Part shown: positions 1 through 10,043 of the stretch, in pieces
Numbering within the stretch: the first letter of the stretch is position 1
Layout: every line of letters starts with the position of its first letter
Source: an uncultured Nitrososphaerota archaeon
Lineage (GTDB): Archaea > Thermoproteota > Nitrososphaeria > Nitrososphaerales > Gagatemarchaeaceae
Assembly (NCBI GenBank): GCA_963718895.1
Contig: CAVRAG010000008.1
Location: 1,440,001-1,504,000 of the forward strand
Reading direction: 5' to 3'
DNA: 64,000 nucleotides
Position numbers and translations under genes: made by a program
The notes under the pieces: generated by a model
What the model saw: the letters and a program-made list of their open reading frames with translations, nothing else
Database searches by the model: none
What the model was told of the DNA's origin: nothing

Positions 1-219
1 CGTTCATCGCAACCAGCGCCACAACGACCGGAACATGCGTCTGGCTGCTCGAAGCCATCCGCCCCCCTTCTCAATTTCTTGAGTTAAAAGAGCAAAGGGT
101 TCGCGAGCCTCTCCGGGCGAAGGACCTCCGGCACGCCTGGCTCATCTAGAATCCGTGCTACGTCCAGAGCACGGGCGCCCTCGCACCACATTTAATAGAG
201 TGATTGAGAAAATCACTCC

Positions 220-486
220 ATGGCAAAAGACCATGCGGACGAACTCAAGGGGAAGATAACCGAGCTGCGAGACATCCTGGATGGTTTCGGAGACGCTAGA
301 CGCGATCTGAACCAGGTACTGAAGTTCATCCATCAGCCGGGATGGACGACCCCCGCAGAATTCGCTCTGGTGGAAGCGGTGCTCAGCGCGGAGAAGAAAT
401 ACGCTCTCGCGACGCTCCAGCTCAACAGGGCCTTCGTCTCGGCCGCCTCGAAGGTAGAACTGAACCCGCAGCCCCTGCCCCCCTAG
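220..486 (+). CDS. Small hypothetical protein ending in LNPQPLPP
   Basis: 88-aa ORF; TTTAATA box about 25 nt upstream; IHQPGWTTPAE motif. Confidence 0.75.
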   Translation: MAKDHADELKGKITELRDILDGFGDARRDLNQVLKFIHQPGWTTPAEFALVEAVLSAEKKYALATLQLNRAFVSAASKVELNPQPLPP

Positions 487-811
487 AACAGCATCCACGT
501 GGATGAGCGGATCATCTCCGCAGAGCGGACTTCGTTCCACTCATTCACCTCCTCCAACGACGTGAAGAACGACGGCAGGCTAGTTGGCGGTCAGGGTCCA
601 ATACGCAGGAGCTAGGAAGTCGGGTTCCTGTTAGGGTCGCGCAAACCCGAGTCGGGTTCCACGGTCTGGAACAGCTTGTCCGTCATGTACGGCTGCGTTC
701 ATATTGCTAAGTCTCATTGGTCCTGACAAGGGCGCATCCCGTCCTCATATCTGACTGGAACCTAGGCCTGCTAGCCAAACGAATATGTAGGAGGGTGTGG
801 CATCGGAGGGC

Positions 812-1699
812 ATGTCCGAGGGGCGGGGAATCGTCCAGGAACTGAGCCTCGGCGACGTCATCTCAAAGACCTTCGAATACTATCGGCGCGACTTCACCAA
901 ATATGTGATGCTCTTCGCGGTGGTGGAGGCGATCATAGGGGTCCTCAGCACGCTGGTACGGCGCTCTATCGTTCTGCCAGCCATTCCCCAGAATGCGGTA
1001 GCCCAACAGTACGTGAACTGGGCGCCCGGGTTCTTCGGAGCCTTGGCCGAACTGATCGCCCTGACAGCGATCATAACCTTGGTCTTCTATCCTGTCGCCT
1101 ACGGAAGCGCAATCAAGATGGCATCTGAGGCGATCCAGAGTGGCCAGACGGCCGTCGGCGCGTCGGTCCGGTTTACCGTATCAAGGCTGGTCTGGTTCTG
1201 GTTGGTGGGAATCGTCGTCGGCATCATCGTATTCATAGGGTTCATCGCGCTCATAGTCCCGGGGATAATCCTGGCCATAATGTTCACCCTGGTGCTTCCG
1301 GCCATCGTGATCGAGAATCCCGGCTTCGACAGCCTGGGAAGGAGCCGCAAACTCGTCAGCAAGAGGTGGCTGAAGACTTTCGCCCTCATCATCGTCCTTG
1401 CGATAATGGTCGGGATAGGGAGCGTCATCGTAGGCGTGATCAGCTCGCCCTTCGGCGTCGGAAGCACGGTAGTGAGCAGCATCCTCTCGGCCTTCTACCT
1501 TCCTCTGGTCCCGATAGCGCTGGCGGTCTACTACTACTCGAACGTCGCGAGAATCACCCCACTCGAGGCGAGCACTTCTCCGATGATCTCCGGAACCACG
1601 GTGCAACCAGCGATGATGAAGTTCTGTCCCAGTTGTGGGGCGCAGCTGCCCTCGACCGCGATGTTCTGCCCCAACTGTGGGGCAAAGCAGCCCGTCTGA
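812..1699 (+). CDS. Multi-pass membrane protein with C-terminal zinc ribbon
   Basis: About 6 hydrophobic helices; CPSCG...CPNCG at C-terminus. Confidence 0.85.
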   Translation: MSEGRGIVQELSLGDVISKTFEYYRRDFTKYVMLFAVVEAIIGVLSTLVRRSIVLPAIPQNAVAQQYVNWAPGFFGALAELIALTAIITLVFYPVAYGSAIKMASEAIQSGQTAVGASVRFTVSRLVWFWLVGIVVGIIVFIGFIALIVPGIILAIMFTLVLPAIVIENPGFDSLGRSRKLVSKRWLKTFALIIVLAIMVGIGSVIVGVISSPFGVGSTVVSSILSAFYLPLVPIALAVYYYSNVARITPLEASTSPMISGTTVQPAMMKFCPSCGAQLPSTAMFCPNCGAKQPV

Positions 1700-1758
1700 A
1701 CTGACTTCCCTTCAGGTCGTTCTCATCGAGAGTATCCTCTTGACAGGTCGCGCAAGGA

Positions 1759-1780
1759 GGTTCGTTGCGCCTCCGCCGGG
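1759..1780 (+). repeat. Cassette repeat copy (core only)
   Basis: GGTTCGTTGCGCCTCCGCCGGG. Confidence 0.85.
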
Positions 1781-1798
1781 TTTGCTACCTCGGGCGGT

Positions 1799-2680
1799 CT
1801 ACCCTTCGCCGAGCGCCTCGATCTGCTTCCTCATCGAGGCAGTCGTGGCCGAGAGCTGGTCCAAGGCGAGTCTGGCCGCACCCGCCCGCAACCCGGGAGA
1901 GACCTTGGCGACCGCGTCGACCAGTTCGAGGGTTGCGATGAGCTCGCCCACCCACTCAGGTCCAGGGTCCGGTCCGTGTCCCCACCACGATACTATCCAC
2001 CACCACGGGTTGTAGATGCTCGGGACGGTCGGTGGCTTGACTGTGACGTGAGACTCCTGGTAGATGGCGACGGCCATGCCGAGGGTCCCCTGTGGGACGT
2101 TCAGCGCCGTGTCGCCCGTCAACATGAAGGCTCCGTTCAGGACCCATTTTGAGAACGGTTCGGGGGTCGAGACGACCGACGTGCTGGCGACCAGAGTCTC
2201 GGCCGCTGTCGTAGGTACGACTCCGACCACGTTTGCGTTACCGGTCAGGCTGGGGTCACTGGTCACGGTGACGAAGGTGTCGTCGATGAACCGTCCCAGG
2301 TTCGCCGAGAAGGCGTCGTCGATGATTTCAGGTCCGCCTCCGCCGGTACCCGGTCCGCTCGTGGGGAAGTACCAGGCCGTGATCGTCAAGGGTGAAGTAC
2401 CCACGGTCTGGGTGAACGCCACCGGCGGCAGCACCTGTCCGTTCGTGCCGTCGGTCACGCTCCAGAACATGAGGTTAGCCATGCCACTGCCGCTCATGAT
2501 GGTGTACGGTAGTTGAGGGAAGAAGGGCGGAGTGGTGACGCCGCCTGCCGGCACATCGCCTCCGGCCATCGGCGCCAGAGCCAGATCGATGGAGGTGTTC
2601 CGCGGCTGTCGGTGATGACCTCCGGGGAGAAACATCTTGTAGTATACGGCTACGTTCGTCAAATTTCGAGCCGACATCAT
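1799..2680 (-). CDS. Hypothetical beta-rich protein
   Basis: Long ORF; start moved to ATG 2680, downstream of TATA box at ~2694-2701. Confidence 0.75.
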   Translation of the reverse strand: MMSARNLTNVAVYYKMFLPGGHHRQPRNTSIDLALAPMAGGDVPAGGVTTPPFFPQLPYTIMSGSGMANLMFWSVTDGTNGQVLPPVAFTQTVGTSPLTITAWYFPTSGPGTGGGGPEIIDDAFSANLGRFIDDTFVTVTSDPSLTGNANVVGVVPTTAAETLVASTSVVSTPEPFSKWVLNGAFMLTGDTALNVPQGTLGMAVAIYQESHVTVKPPTVPSIYNPWWWIVSWWGHGPDPGPEWVGELIATLELVDAVAKVSPGLRAGAARLALDQLSATTASMRKQIEALGEG

Positions 2681-2764
2681 GTTATCACCATTGTTATATA
2701 AGCCTAACGAGGTTGTTAATGCAAAATCTGAAAACGTGCGCTCTTTGCCATCGATCCCAGGCAC

Positions 2765-2806
2765 TTGTTGGGCCTCAGCCGGTCCACCCAATCCACGAGT
2801 TGGGCT
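2765..2806 (+). repeat. Cassette repeat copy (degenerate, right arm kept)
   Basis: TTGTTGGGCCTCAGCCGGTCCACCCAATCCACGAGTTGGGCT. Confidence 0.65.
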
Positions 2807-2861
2807 GTGGCTGGAGCTCCCGGAGCGGCCTGTCTTGGTGCAGTAGCAAATCTCTTTTTAC

Positions 2862-3098
2862 TTAGCGCACCTCGACCGGTAGAACGGACATCATCCGCGA
2901 GTACAGGAACCAGCTGACCACGACCAGCATGAAGCTGAAGACGAAGACCGCGATGTCGGTCCCGAGGGCCTCCGGGGTCTGCGGCAGGTTCCCGATGAGC
3001 ACCAGCGAACCAATGGAGAGCGCGAGACCGAAGACGATGTCAGAGAGGCCTTCTATCCTAACCTTGATCCGCGGGATGCCGACCGGCTCCTCGGGCAA
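2862..3098 (-). pseudogene. Truncated TMEM175/DUF1211-like K+ channel fragment
   Basis: RIEGLSDIVFGLALSI resembles the TMEM175 RxxxFSD helix; only 2 TM helices, 78 aa. Confidence 0.55.
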
Positions 3099-3191
3099 GC
3101 GCGAGAAAGCAGCGGGGTGATTTTTTATCCTAGGAGAGGGCAGATACCCAAGGGGAATTGTTAAAATCTCTGCGCTGAACTCTCAACACTG

Positions 3192-3725
3192 TTGCTTTCC
3201 CTAGGCGCTTCGGCTCCCAAGTTCGAGCATCTTCTGTCGGCGGACGGGAGGAGGTACTCGCTTGATTCGTTCAGAGAGAAGCCGGTCCTTGTGGTGGTCT
3301 TCTCCTGCAACCACTGCCCTTACGTCAAGGACTATGAGGGAAGGATGGTCGAGATTCAGGCCGAGTACGCCTCCAGGGGAGTCCAGGTGGTCGCGATAAA
3401 TTCGAACGACGACAAGGCCTACCCCCAGGACAGCTACCCCGAGATGGTCAAGCGGGCGAGAGAGAAAGGGTTCAACTTCGTCTATCTTCGAGACGCCGAC
3501 CAGAGCACCGTGGATGCCTACGGGGCGGTCTGCACGCCGCACGTCTTCCTTTTCGACGCGAAGAGGATCCTTCGCTACAGGGGTCGGATAGACGACTCGA
3601 GGGACGCGTCGAGGGTCAAGAGCCCCGACCTGAGAAACGCCATCGAGGAAGTGATTCGGGGAGTCCCCGTGGCGAACCCTGACACGAGGCCTTTCGGCTG
3701 CAGTATCAAGTTCTTCCAGGGTTAG
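3192..3725 (+). CDS. Thioredoxin-fold AhpC/TSA (redoxin) family protein
   Basis: CNHCPYV, YRGRIDD and GCSIK motifs. Confidence 0.92.
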   Translation: MLSLGASAPKFEHLLSADGRRYSLDSFREKPVLVVVFSCNHCPYVKDYEGRMVEIQAEYASRGVQVVAINSNDDKAYPQDSYPEMVKRAREKGFNFVYLRDADQSTVDAYGAVCTPHVFLFDAKRILRYRGRIDDSRDASRVKSPDLRNAIEEVIRGVPVANPDTRPFGCSIKFFQG

Positions 3726-3758
3726 CTCCAGTCTCGTTAGAGAAGCGGCGGAACACTA

Positions 3759-4889
3759 ATGAATCGGCGCGTGTCATCGCGCTTGGGAAGAGCTTTGGTA
3801 GCTCGACGAATTCTCTTTTCGCGGGAGCTGACTAGCACAGATGTTCACGAGAACCTGAGGGACGCCATCCTGGCCGAGAATCAGGGATATGACTGTCTTT
3901 GGATTCCCGACCACCTGACTGACATACCTCCGCCGACCGTGGTGCTGGACGCCTGGACTGCTCTCAGCTACGTCGGGTCGCACACCAAGAGGATCAGGGT
4001 GGCCTCGGGCGTCACGGATACCCAGAGGATACACCCGGCCAAGACGGCGAACATCGTCGCGACGCTGGACCACATCACGAACGGGCGCGCGGTCCTCGGG
4101 ATCGGCGCCGGCGAGGTGATGAACACCAAGCCCTACGGAATCCAATGGGAATCGAGCGAGGTGCGGATAAAGCGAGTGGAAGAGGCGATAAGGATGATAA
4201 GGCTCCTCTGGTCCTCGTCGTACAGCAAGCCCGTGAGCTTCGATGGGGACTACTATCGACTTGACAAGGCCCATCTCGACCTGCCGCCAGTCCAGAAGCC
4301 CTCCCCTCCCATCTATGTGGGAGCCTACTCATCCTCAAAGATGCTCGCGATTGCCGGAGAGCTCGCAGACGGCTGGTATCCCGCATTCTACTATACCGTC
4401 GGCAGCTATCGAGAGAAACTGAAGGTCATCAGAGACGCAGCGGCGAGGGCGGGCAGGAGCTTCGACTCCATAGACAGAATGGCATACGTGCCAATCGTGA
4501 TTGGTGAGAAGTCTCCATCCTTGATGAGGGACCTCAAAAAGTACCTGAAGAGGCAGATGATCATGAACAGGTACCTGTTCAAGATACTCGGGGTGGAGGA
4601 CGCGCTCGACTCCGTCCCCAAGGAGCTGAACTATCAGCTCATCGCCCCGACCCTGGGCTATTCCAAGATGATAGACAGGGTTGTGAGCAAACTCCAAATC
4701 CCGGACGAGGCTCTCGAGAAAGGATTGGACGAGATGTTGGCCATCGGGACACCCGACCAGTGCATACAGTCGCTCGAAAGGTTCGTGAAGGCGGGCGCGA
4801 CACACATCTGCGTGAACCTCCCGCTCGGTGGGAGGGAAGACTACCGCTCGATCGCGAGCGAGATAATCCCCCGGTTCAGAGAGCCCTGA
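3759..4889 (+). CDS. LLM-class (luciferase-like, probably F420-dependent) oxidoreductase
   Basis: WIPDH, GRAVLGIGAGE and AGELADGW motifs; start uncertain. Confidence 0.9.
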   Translation: MNRRVSSRLGRALVARRILFSRELTSTDVHENLRDAILAENQGYDCLWIPDHLTDIPPPTVVLDAWTALSYVGSHTKRIRVASGVTDTQRIHPAKTANIVATLDHITNGRAVLGIGAGEVMNTKPYGIQWESSEVRIKRVEEAIRMIRLLWSSSYSKPVSFDGDYYRLDKAHLDLPPVQKPSPPIYVGAYSSSKMLAIAGELADGWYPAFYYTVGSYREKLKVIRDAAARAGRSFDSIDRMAYVPIVIGEKSPSLMRDLKKYLKRQMIMNRYLFKILGVEDALDSVPKELNYQLIAPTLGYSKMIDRVVSKLQIPDEALEKGLDEMLAIGTPDQCIQSLERFVKAGATHICVNLPLGGREDYRSIASEIIPRFREP

Positions 4890-4894
4890 GGAGA

Positions 4895-5230
4895 CTATTT
4901 CTCGATCTTCTTGCCGCCCAGCATTACCAGCGTGTTGCCGTCTCCTACCTTTGCCCAGCCATCGATGACTTTCTTGAAGCCCTCGCTCTGTGTCGTCTTT
5001 ATCCACTCCCCGAAGTCCTTCACGTCGATGATCTCGAAGACCTGAAAGGGATGGTTCTTCTTCGCGGACACGCCGCTGCCCTGGACATGGTCCGTCACTT
5101 CGAAGACCTCGAACTTCTCGACCACCTTCTGTTTCGGCGTGATGTTCTGGTCGATTTCCCTTGAGAACCTCCTGTACTGCGCGATGGTAGCCCCCGGCTT
5201 CAGCTTGTAGATGACGACGACTTTTGGCAT
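4895..5230 (-). CDS. REDY/HapK-like dimeric alpha-beta barrel protein
   Basis: VVIYKLKPG...YRRFSREID pattern. Confidence 0.6.
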   Translation of the reverse strand: MPKVVVIYKLKPGATIAQYRRFSREIDQNITPKQKVVEKFEVFEVTDHVQGSGVSAKKNHPFQVFEIIDVKDFGEWIKTTQSEGFKKVIDGWAKVGDGNTLVMLGGKKIEK

Positions 5231-5363
5231 GATATAATTATCTCCGGCGAGACCTATTCAGTCTTCTGAACTGGTGTGCAGAGTCTCCGTTGCTTGCCAT
5301 GAAACCTCATCCTGAAGGTTTCCAGCCCGGCTGAGACTCTCCAATCGAGGCCAGCCTTTAGAC

Positions 5364-6530
5364 TCAGGACTTCCCGAGCCTCCTGAAGAGGAGAACGCCC
5401 ACCGAAAGAATCACCAGGCTGCTTGCAGAAACCACCGCGAGGTCGGTAAGCACGGATTGGCTGGTCGCCGCTGCGCCCCTGGTGAAGAGGGATGTGAGAG
5501 CGTCTGTGACGTAGTAGGCGGGGACGAACCGGCCCGCAGCCTGTGCCGTCGACGAGAGTGCCGTACCCACGAACGTGCCGAGGAAGAGCTGCGGCATCAG
5601 GAAGACGAACGATATGCCCGTGGCCGCGCCCGCCGTCTTCGATATGGCGGCAGTGATCAGTCCGAAACCGATGTTGCACATGGCGAATATCGTCACGATG
5701 AGGAACCCCACGACCAGGCCGGAGAGGTCCGCGACGGGGTGGTAACCCAACGCATAGACGCAGAGGAACACCAGCAGGGCTTGCACCAGGCCGATGACGA
5801 GGTACGACAGCACGGAGCCTGCAATCAGGTCTGCGCTGGTAGCCGGGGTCACGGCTATCCTGCTCAGGAGGCCGCTCTCCCTCTCTCCGGTGTACGACTG
5901 GGCCACCATCATGATCATGTAGATCGAGGCGAAGGCGAAGAGCCCCGGCGCGAACGTAGCGAACATCGACGACGCCTGGACCTTTACCATCGATGGGCTC
6001 GATACGTCGACCGGCACCGCGGGGGCAGGAGAAGACATGCCGAGAACCCCGTCCTTTAGAGCCTGGTCCACGATTGAGGGGATGACCTGGGCCGAGAGCA
6101 GGGAGCCTCTGTCCAGGTAGAGGGGAACGGTGCAGTTGACCCATCTGCTGGGCGAACCAGGGGAGGCCCTGAACGAGCTGACGCTAGCGTCGAACTGAGA
6201 AGGGAGCGAGAGGACCCCCTGTACCTTCCCCTGGCTCAGGGCCGACTGCGCAGTCTGATTGTCCGAGTAGTACTGGACCCTGATCACGCCGGTCGCCTCG
6301 AGGGCCTGGGCGAACTGATGCGAAGGTGTCGAGTTGCCGCCGACCCCGAGGTCGACGACCGCGAGGTTGTATGTCGTCGATTGCGAGCCACCGCCGACGG
6401 CTCCGAACGAGGTTCCGAACGCTATCGTCAGAATCACCGGGAAGAGGATGATCATGAACAGGAACGCGGGTTCCCTGAACATCCTCTTCCATTCCTTGTT
6501 GGAGAGCGCCAGGGCGCGGCGGAGCCTCAT
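5364..6530 (-). CDS. ABC-2 type transporter permease
   Basis: Start MRLRRA at 6530; N-terminal TM, soluble loop, 5 C-terminal TMs; ERESG motif. Confidence 0.92.
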   Translation of the reverse strand: MRLRRALALSNKEWKRMFREPAFLFMIILFPVILTIAFGTSFGAVGGGSQSTTYNLAVVDLGVGGNSTPSHQFAQALEATGVIRVQYYSDNQTAQSALSQGKVQGVLSLPSQFDASVSSFRASPGSPSRWVNCTVPLYLDRGSLLSAQVIPSIVDQALKDGVLGMSSPAPAVPVDVSSPSMVKVQASSMFATFAPGLFAFASIYMIMMVAQSYTGERESGLLSRIAVTPATSADLIAGSVLSYLVIGLVQALLVFLCVYALGYHPVADLSGLVVGFLIVTIFAMCNIGFGLITAAISKTAGAATGISFVFLMPQLFLGTFVGTALSSTAQAAGRFVPAYYVTDALTSLFTRGAAATSQSVLTDLAVVSASSLVILSVGVLLFRRLGKS

Positions 6531-6532
6531 CT

Positions 6533-7297
6533 CTATGACCCCTCCCTGATTCTTCTCCCTGTTAGCTGGATGAAGACGTCCTCGAGGTCTCTTGCCCCGT
6601 TTCTCGACCTGAGCTCGGCCGGGGATCCCAGAGCGATCAGCTTCCCATGGTCGATTATCCCGACCCTGTCGCACAGCTCCTCGGCCTCCTCCATGTAGTG
6701 CGTCGAGAGAAGGACCGTCCTGCCCTGGTCTCTCAGCTCCGCTATGAAGTCCCAAATCGCCCGGCGAGACTGCGGGTCCATCCCGACGGTGGGCTCGTCC
6801 AGCAGGATGATCTTGGGGTCGTGGACGAGTGCCATGGCGATGCTCACCCTGCGCTTCATCCCGCCGCTATACTTGCTCGTCCTCCTGCCGCCCTCGTCCA
6901 GCAGGCCAACCTTCTCCATCATCCTGTCGACCCGGGCGTCCAGCGTCTCCTTCGGGACGGAGCAGAGCTCCCCGAAGAGCTTCACGTTCTCCCTCCCGGT
7001 CAGGTACGGATAGACAGCCGTCTCCTGCGGGGAGACTCCCATGATTCCCCTAGCCTTGACACCGTCGGTCCCGACGTCGAACTGACCCACCCTGACCGAC
7101 CCCGCGGTCGGCTTCAGGAGGCCCGTGAGGCACTTCATGGTCGTGGTCTTCCCTGAGCCATTCGGCCCGAGCAGCCCGAAGACCTCGGCTTCGTGGATTG
7201 AGATTGAAAGGTCGTCGACGGCCGTGACGTCTGCGAACATCTTCGTCAGGTTCTCTATCACCACGGCATCTCTTACCACAGCGGTCTCCCTTTGCAT
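6533..7297 (-). CDS. ABC transporter ATP-binding protein
   Basis: GPNGSGKTT, YSGGMKRR, LLDEPT. Confidence 0.96.
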   Translation of the reverse strand: MQRETAVVRDAVVIENLTKMFADVTAVDDLSISIHEAEVFGLLGPNGSGKTTTMKCLTGLLKPTAGSVRVGQFDVGTDGVKARGIMGVSPQETAVYPYLTGRENVKLFGELCSVPKETLDARVDRMMEKVGLLDEGGRRTSKYSGGMKRRVSIAMALVHDPKIILLDEPTVGMDPQSRRAIWDFIAELRDQGRTVLLSTHYMEEAEELCDRVGIIDHGKLIALGSPAELRSRNGARDLEDVFIQLTGRRIREGS

Positions 7298-7428
7298 GGC
7301 ACCGCCGTCTGTCTCTCGGTTGTTATTTTCACGTCAATGGGACGGGAGAAGAACCGGACAGAACCCTTCGCTCAGAAGGGCGATCCTTCAACCGCGTGGT
7401 TGATATCTCGGAACACGGGTGAAGAGGG

Positions 7429-8343
7429 TCAGCCGACGGCCGGGGTCGCTCTTTCGTCCTCGAGACTGAGCTTGTCCACCCACGTGTCGAATATGTAGCC
7501 GATCTGCAGGACGTTCACCATGACAGACTCGACGCCCCTGGCCTTGCCCATTTCTTCCCTCAGGTCATCCATCTGCCTCATCGAGTTAGTCCACAGAAAC
7601 AGGGTTAGCTCGTTGGGGAGGTTGCTGAACATGACTTCGATCAGCACGTTCTGCGAGAAGCTCTGCCTGAAGGTTGACAGGACCTCCGCCCTGCTGGCGC
7701 CCCGTGCGATCTTGACGTGGCCGACGGCGATGATGTCGTTCGAGGCGTCGGGGTACCATTCCAGCGAGAAGTCCACCAGATGGTTCTCGACCATCCTCTC
7801 CAGGCGTCTGTGGACGGTCTTCGTCGAGGCCCGGACCTCGGCCGCGACGTCGCTTAGCGGCTTGCGCGAATCCTTGTGGAGAGACGCCAGAATCCGGTAG
7901 TCGAGCTGATACAGCCTCGGGCTTGGGAGCGGACCGGTCGACTGCGACATTACCCCCACCGTGGGCTCGTCTATCTCGCCCTCCTTCCTGACGAAGGAGA
8001 CGTACGAGTCCAGTTGGGAAAGGTCCCTGAGGTATCCCCCCACGTAGAGGTAGCCGCCTCCCGAGTTGGCCACCCAGTAGGTCGAGTCGTTGTCCCTGAG
8101 CCTGAGGTGAGCCTTGCTGGGAAGGTCTGCCCCGGACCTCCCGAAGACCCATACGGTGGTCGCCTTGAGAGAGCTCAGACTCACCCGCGCAGTGAAGGTG
8201 CGTATTATGCCAATCTCGATCAGCGCCTTGATCCTTTTGTGAACTGCGTTGATGGACAGCCCCAGCCGGCCAGCGAGCTCGTGGTATGGAGCCCTGGAGT
8301 CGGACAACAGGAACAGGCACAGCTTGATGTCGGTGCTGTCCAT
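7429..8343 (-). CDS. Tandem Lrp/AsnC-family transcriptional regulator
   Basis: Two AsnC HTH repeats (DSRAPYHELA, DSRKPLSDVA). Confidence 0.88.
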   Translation of the reverse strand: MDSTDIKLCLFLLSDSRAPYHELAGRLGLSINAVHKRIKALIEIGIIRTFTARVSLSSLKATTVWVFGRSGADLPSKAHLRLRDNDSTYWVANSGGGYLYVGGYLRDLSQLDSYVSFVRKEGEIDEPTVGVMSQSTGPLPSPRLYQLDYRILASLHKDSRKPLSDVAAEVRASTKTVHRRLERMVENHLVDFSLEWYPDASNDIIAVGHVKIARGASRAEVLSTFRQSFSQNVLIEVMFSNLPNELTLFLWTNSMRQMDDLREEMGKARGVESVMVNVLQIGYIFDTWVDKLSLEDERATPAVG

Positions 8344-8470
8344 CTTGCTTCGAGAAGCGGCGCGAATGCACCTTGGGTAAAGGTCTTTCGAGCACCACGA
8401 CGAGGTTCTCCTCCCCGCCTGGGCTTGGCCGCAGGGAAATCTTACTTAGGGCGAAGTCCATGGCCGTGTG

Positions 8471-9004
8471 ATGCTCAATCCGACTGCGAGAAAGAACCTG
8501 CTTTCGAAGGCCGAGCGCTGGGTCCAAAAGGCGGAGAAAGAGCAAGACCAGTTCGACAAGTACGTGTCGTATTTCATCTCATTCAAGATTCTCTATGACA
8601 GCTATGCGAAGGAGATGAACGCGAGCGCCGACCTCAGCCTCGGAGACAGCAGGAGGGCGGTAGAGATCATGGACCTTGTCCCAGACAAGGAGGCGCTACT
8701 CAAGAATCTGAGGGACCCGTTGCGGGACTGCCTGGCGATTATTCCGGCGTTCAGGGAGGAGTATTGGGGACGACCTCACCCGGTGCCCATCGCCAGCCGG
8801 CTCAGGGAGGCGTTCTACAGCGACAACGCACCGGATACGGTCGAGTATCTCTTGAAGTGGCTGTACAAGGTGAGATGCAACGTCGTCCACGGGGGGGAGA
8901 ACTACGACGAGAAACTGGACAGGAAGATTCTCGGCTACAGCAACACTCTAATCGCGGAAATTCTGTCGGTCGTCCTCCCGGAATACAGACGAAGATTCAC
9001 CTGA
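8471..9004 (+). CDS. HEPN-domain (Apea-like) protein
   Basis: LYKVRCNVVHG contains the RxxxxH motif; all-helical composition. Confidence 0.7.
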   Translation: MLNPTARKNLLSKAERWVQKAEKEQDQFDKYVSYFISFKILYDSYAKEMNASADLSLGDSRRAVEIMDLVPDKEALLKNLRDPLRDCLAIIPAFREEYWGRPHPVPIASRLREAFYSDNAPDTVEYLLKWLYKVRCNVVHGGENYDEKLDRKILGYSNTLIAEILSVVLPEYRRRFT

Positions 9005-9010
9005 AAAAGC

Positions 9011-9036
9011 GGATTTCGTCGCGCCTCCACCAGGGC
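9011..9036 (+). repeat. Cassette repeat copy (degenerate)
   Basis: GGATTTCGTCGCGCCTCCACCAGGGC. Confidence 0.55.
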
Positions 9037-9224
9037 GTATCAGAGTCGGGCGCAGGCAACCCTGGATCGCTCTTGAGTCTCGAAGGTCAAATCCCGCTCA
9101 GAAGAGGAACCTCAGATCTTCTTTGTCATAAGAGATCGAGCCCGGCCGACGGCATCTCTGCGAAGGCTCTCTCAGGTACGCTTAGGTACCGGGAGCTCTA
9201 TGACGGCCCGAGTTGGCGCCCGCC

Positions 9225-9572
9225 ATGGAACGGGTCAAGGATGAGAAGTTCATCTATCTTACCACGAAGGGCAGGAAGACCGGAAGGCCTCACACCGTGG
9301 AACTCTGGTTCGCTCTCGCCGAAGAAAGAGTCTTCTTGTCTCACGAGGGGGAGCGCACCGACTGGATGAAGAACCTTGCGAAAGAGGACGCCGTCAGCAT
9401 CAGGATAGGTGGAATCGCATCTGCTGCGAACGCACGGGTCGCTGAAGGGAGCGCGAGGGAACTCGGCAAGAAGATGCTGTACGAGAAGTACTACGGCAGA
9501 GCGAGCAAGGAGGTCATAGACGATTGGTTCGACCTCTCGATCGTCCTGGAGTTGACTCCTTTCACGCCCTAG
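9225..9572 (+). CDS. Deazaflavin (F420)-dependent nitroreductase family protein
   Basis: LTTKGRKTGRPHTVELWF...DWMKNL. Confidence 0.88.
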   Translation: MERVKDEKFIYLTTKGRKTGRPHTVELWFALAEERVFLSHEGERTDWMKNLAKEDAVSIRIGGIASAANARVAEGSARELGKKMLYEKYYGRASKEVIDDWFDLSIVLELTPFTP

Positions 9573-9617
9573 CGTATCTCCTTCTGCGACTTCGAAGAGG
9601 TACCGGGCAAGGCGTAA

Positions 9618-9642
9618 GGATCCATTGCGCCTCTGCCAGTCC
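9618..9642 (+). repeat. Cassette repeat copy (degenerate)
   Basis: GGATCCATTGCGCCTCTGCCAGTCC. Confidence 0.65.
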
Positions 9643-9653
9643 CGTTTGGTGGT

Positions 9654-10007
9654 TCAGACGATGATCTGGTGTCGGTTGAACGAGTCAAGTCCTGCCTCTT
9701 CAGGGTTCACCTTCTCTAGGCTCTCTCGTGCTTTTCTCGCAGCGAACGCAATCGCTTCGTCCTCCGAATGGTCGTTGCACGCCACCACCCAGCTGCCGCC
9801 CAGCTCATTCAGATCGGCGTGATAATAGTTGGACCCGTTGTTGGTCTTTCCACAAATCTCGCACGCGAGCAGCTCGTCGTCATCTGAGACTCGAGTCAAT
9901 GTGGTTCTCAGAGTGCGTTCGTACTGAACCGTGTCTCTTAAGGATGGTGGTACTTTTGGCCCATAATCTTGTCTTATTCGCGTTCCTGGGTTGATTTTTT
10001 TGGGCAT
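9654..10007 (-). CDS. Hypothetical protein with possible Zn ligands
   Basis: CEICG...CNDH; stop lies next to a repeat. Confidence 0.55.
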   Translation of the reverse strand: MPKKINPGTRIRQDYGPKVPPSLRDTVQYERTLRTTLTRVSDDDELLACEICGKTNNGSNYYHADLNELGGSWVVACNDHSEDEAIAFAARKARESLEKVNPEEAGLDSFNRHQIIV

Positions 10008-10043
10008 CCGAGATAGTCGTCCAGCGACTGAATCCCAGGAGCT

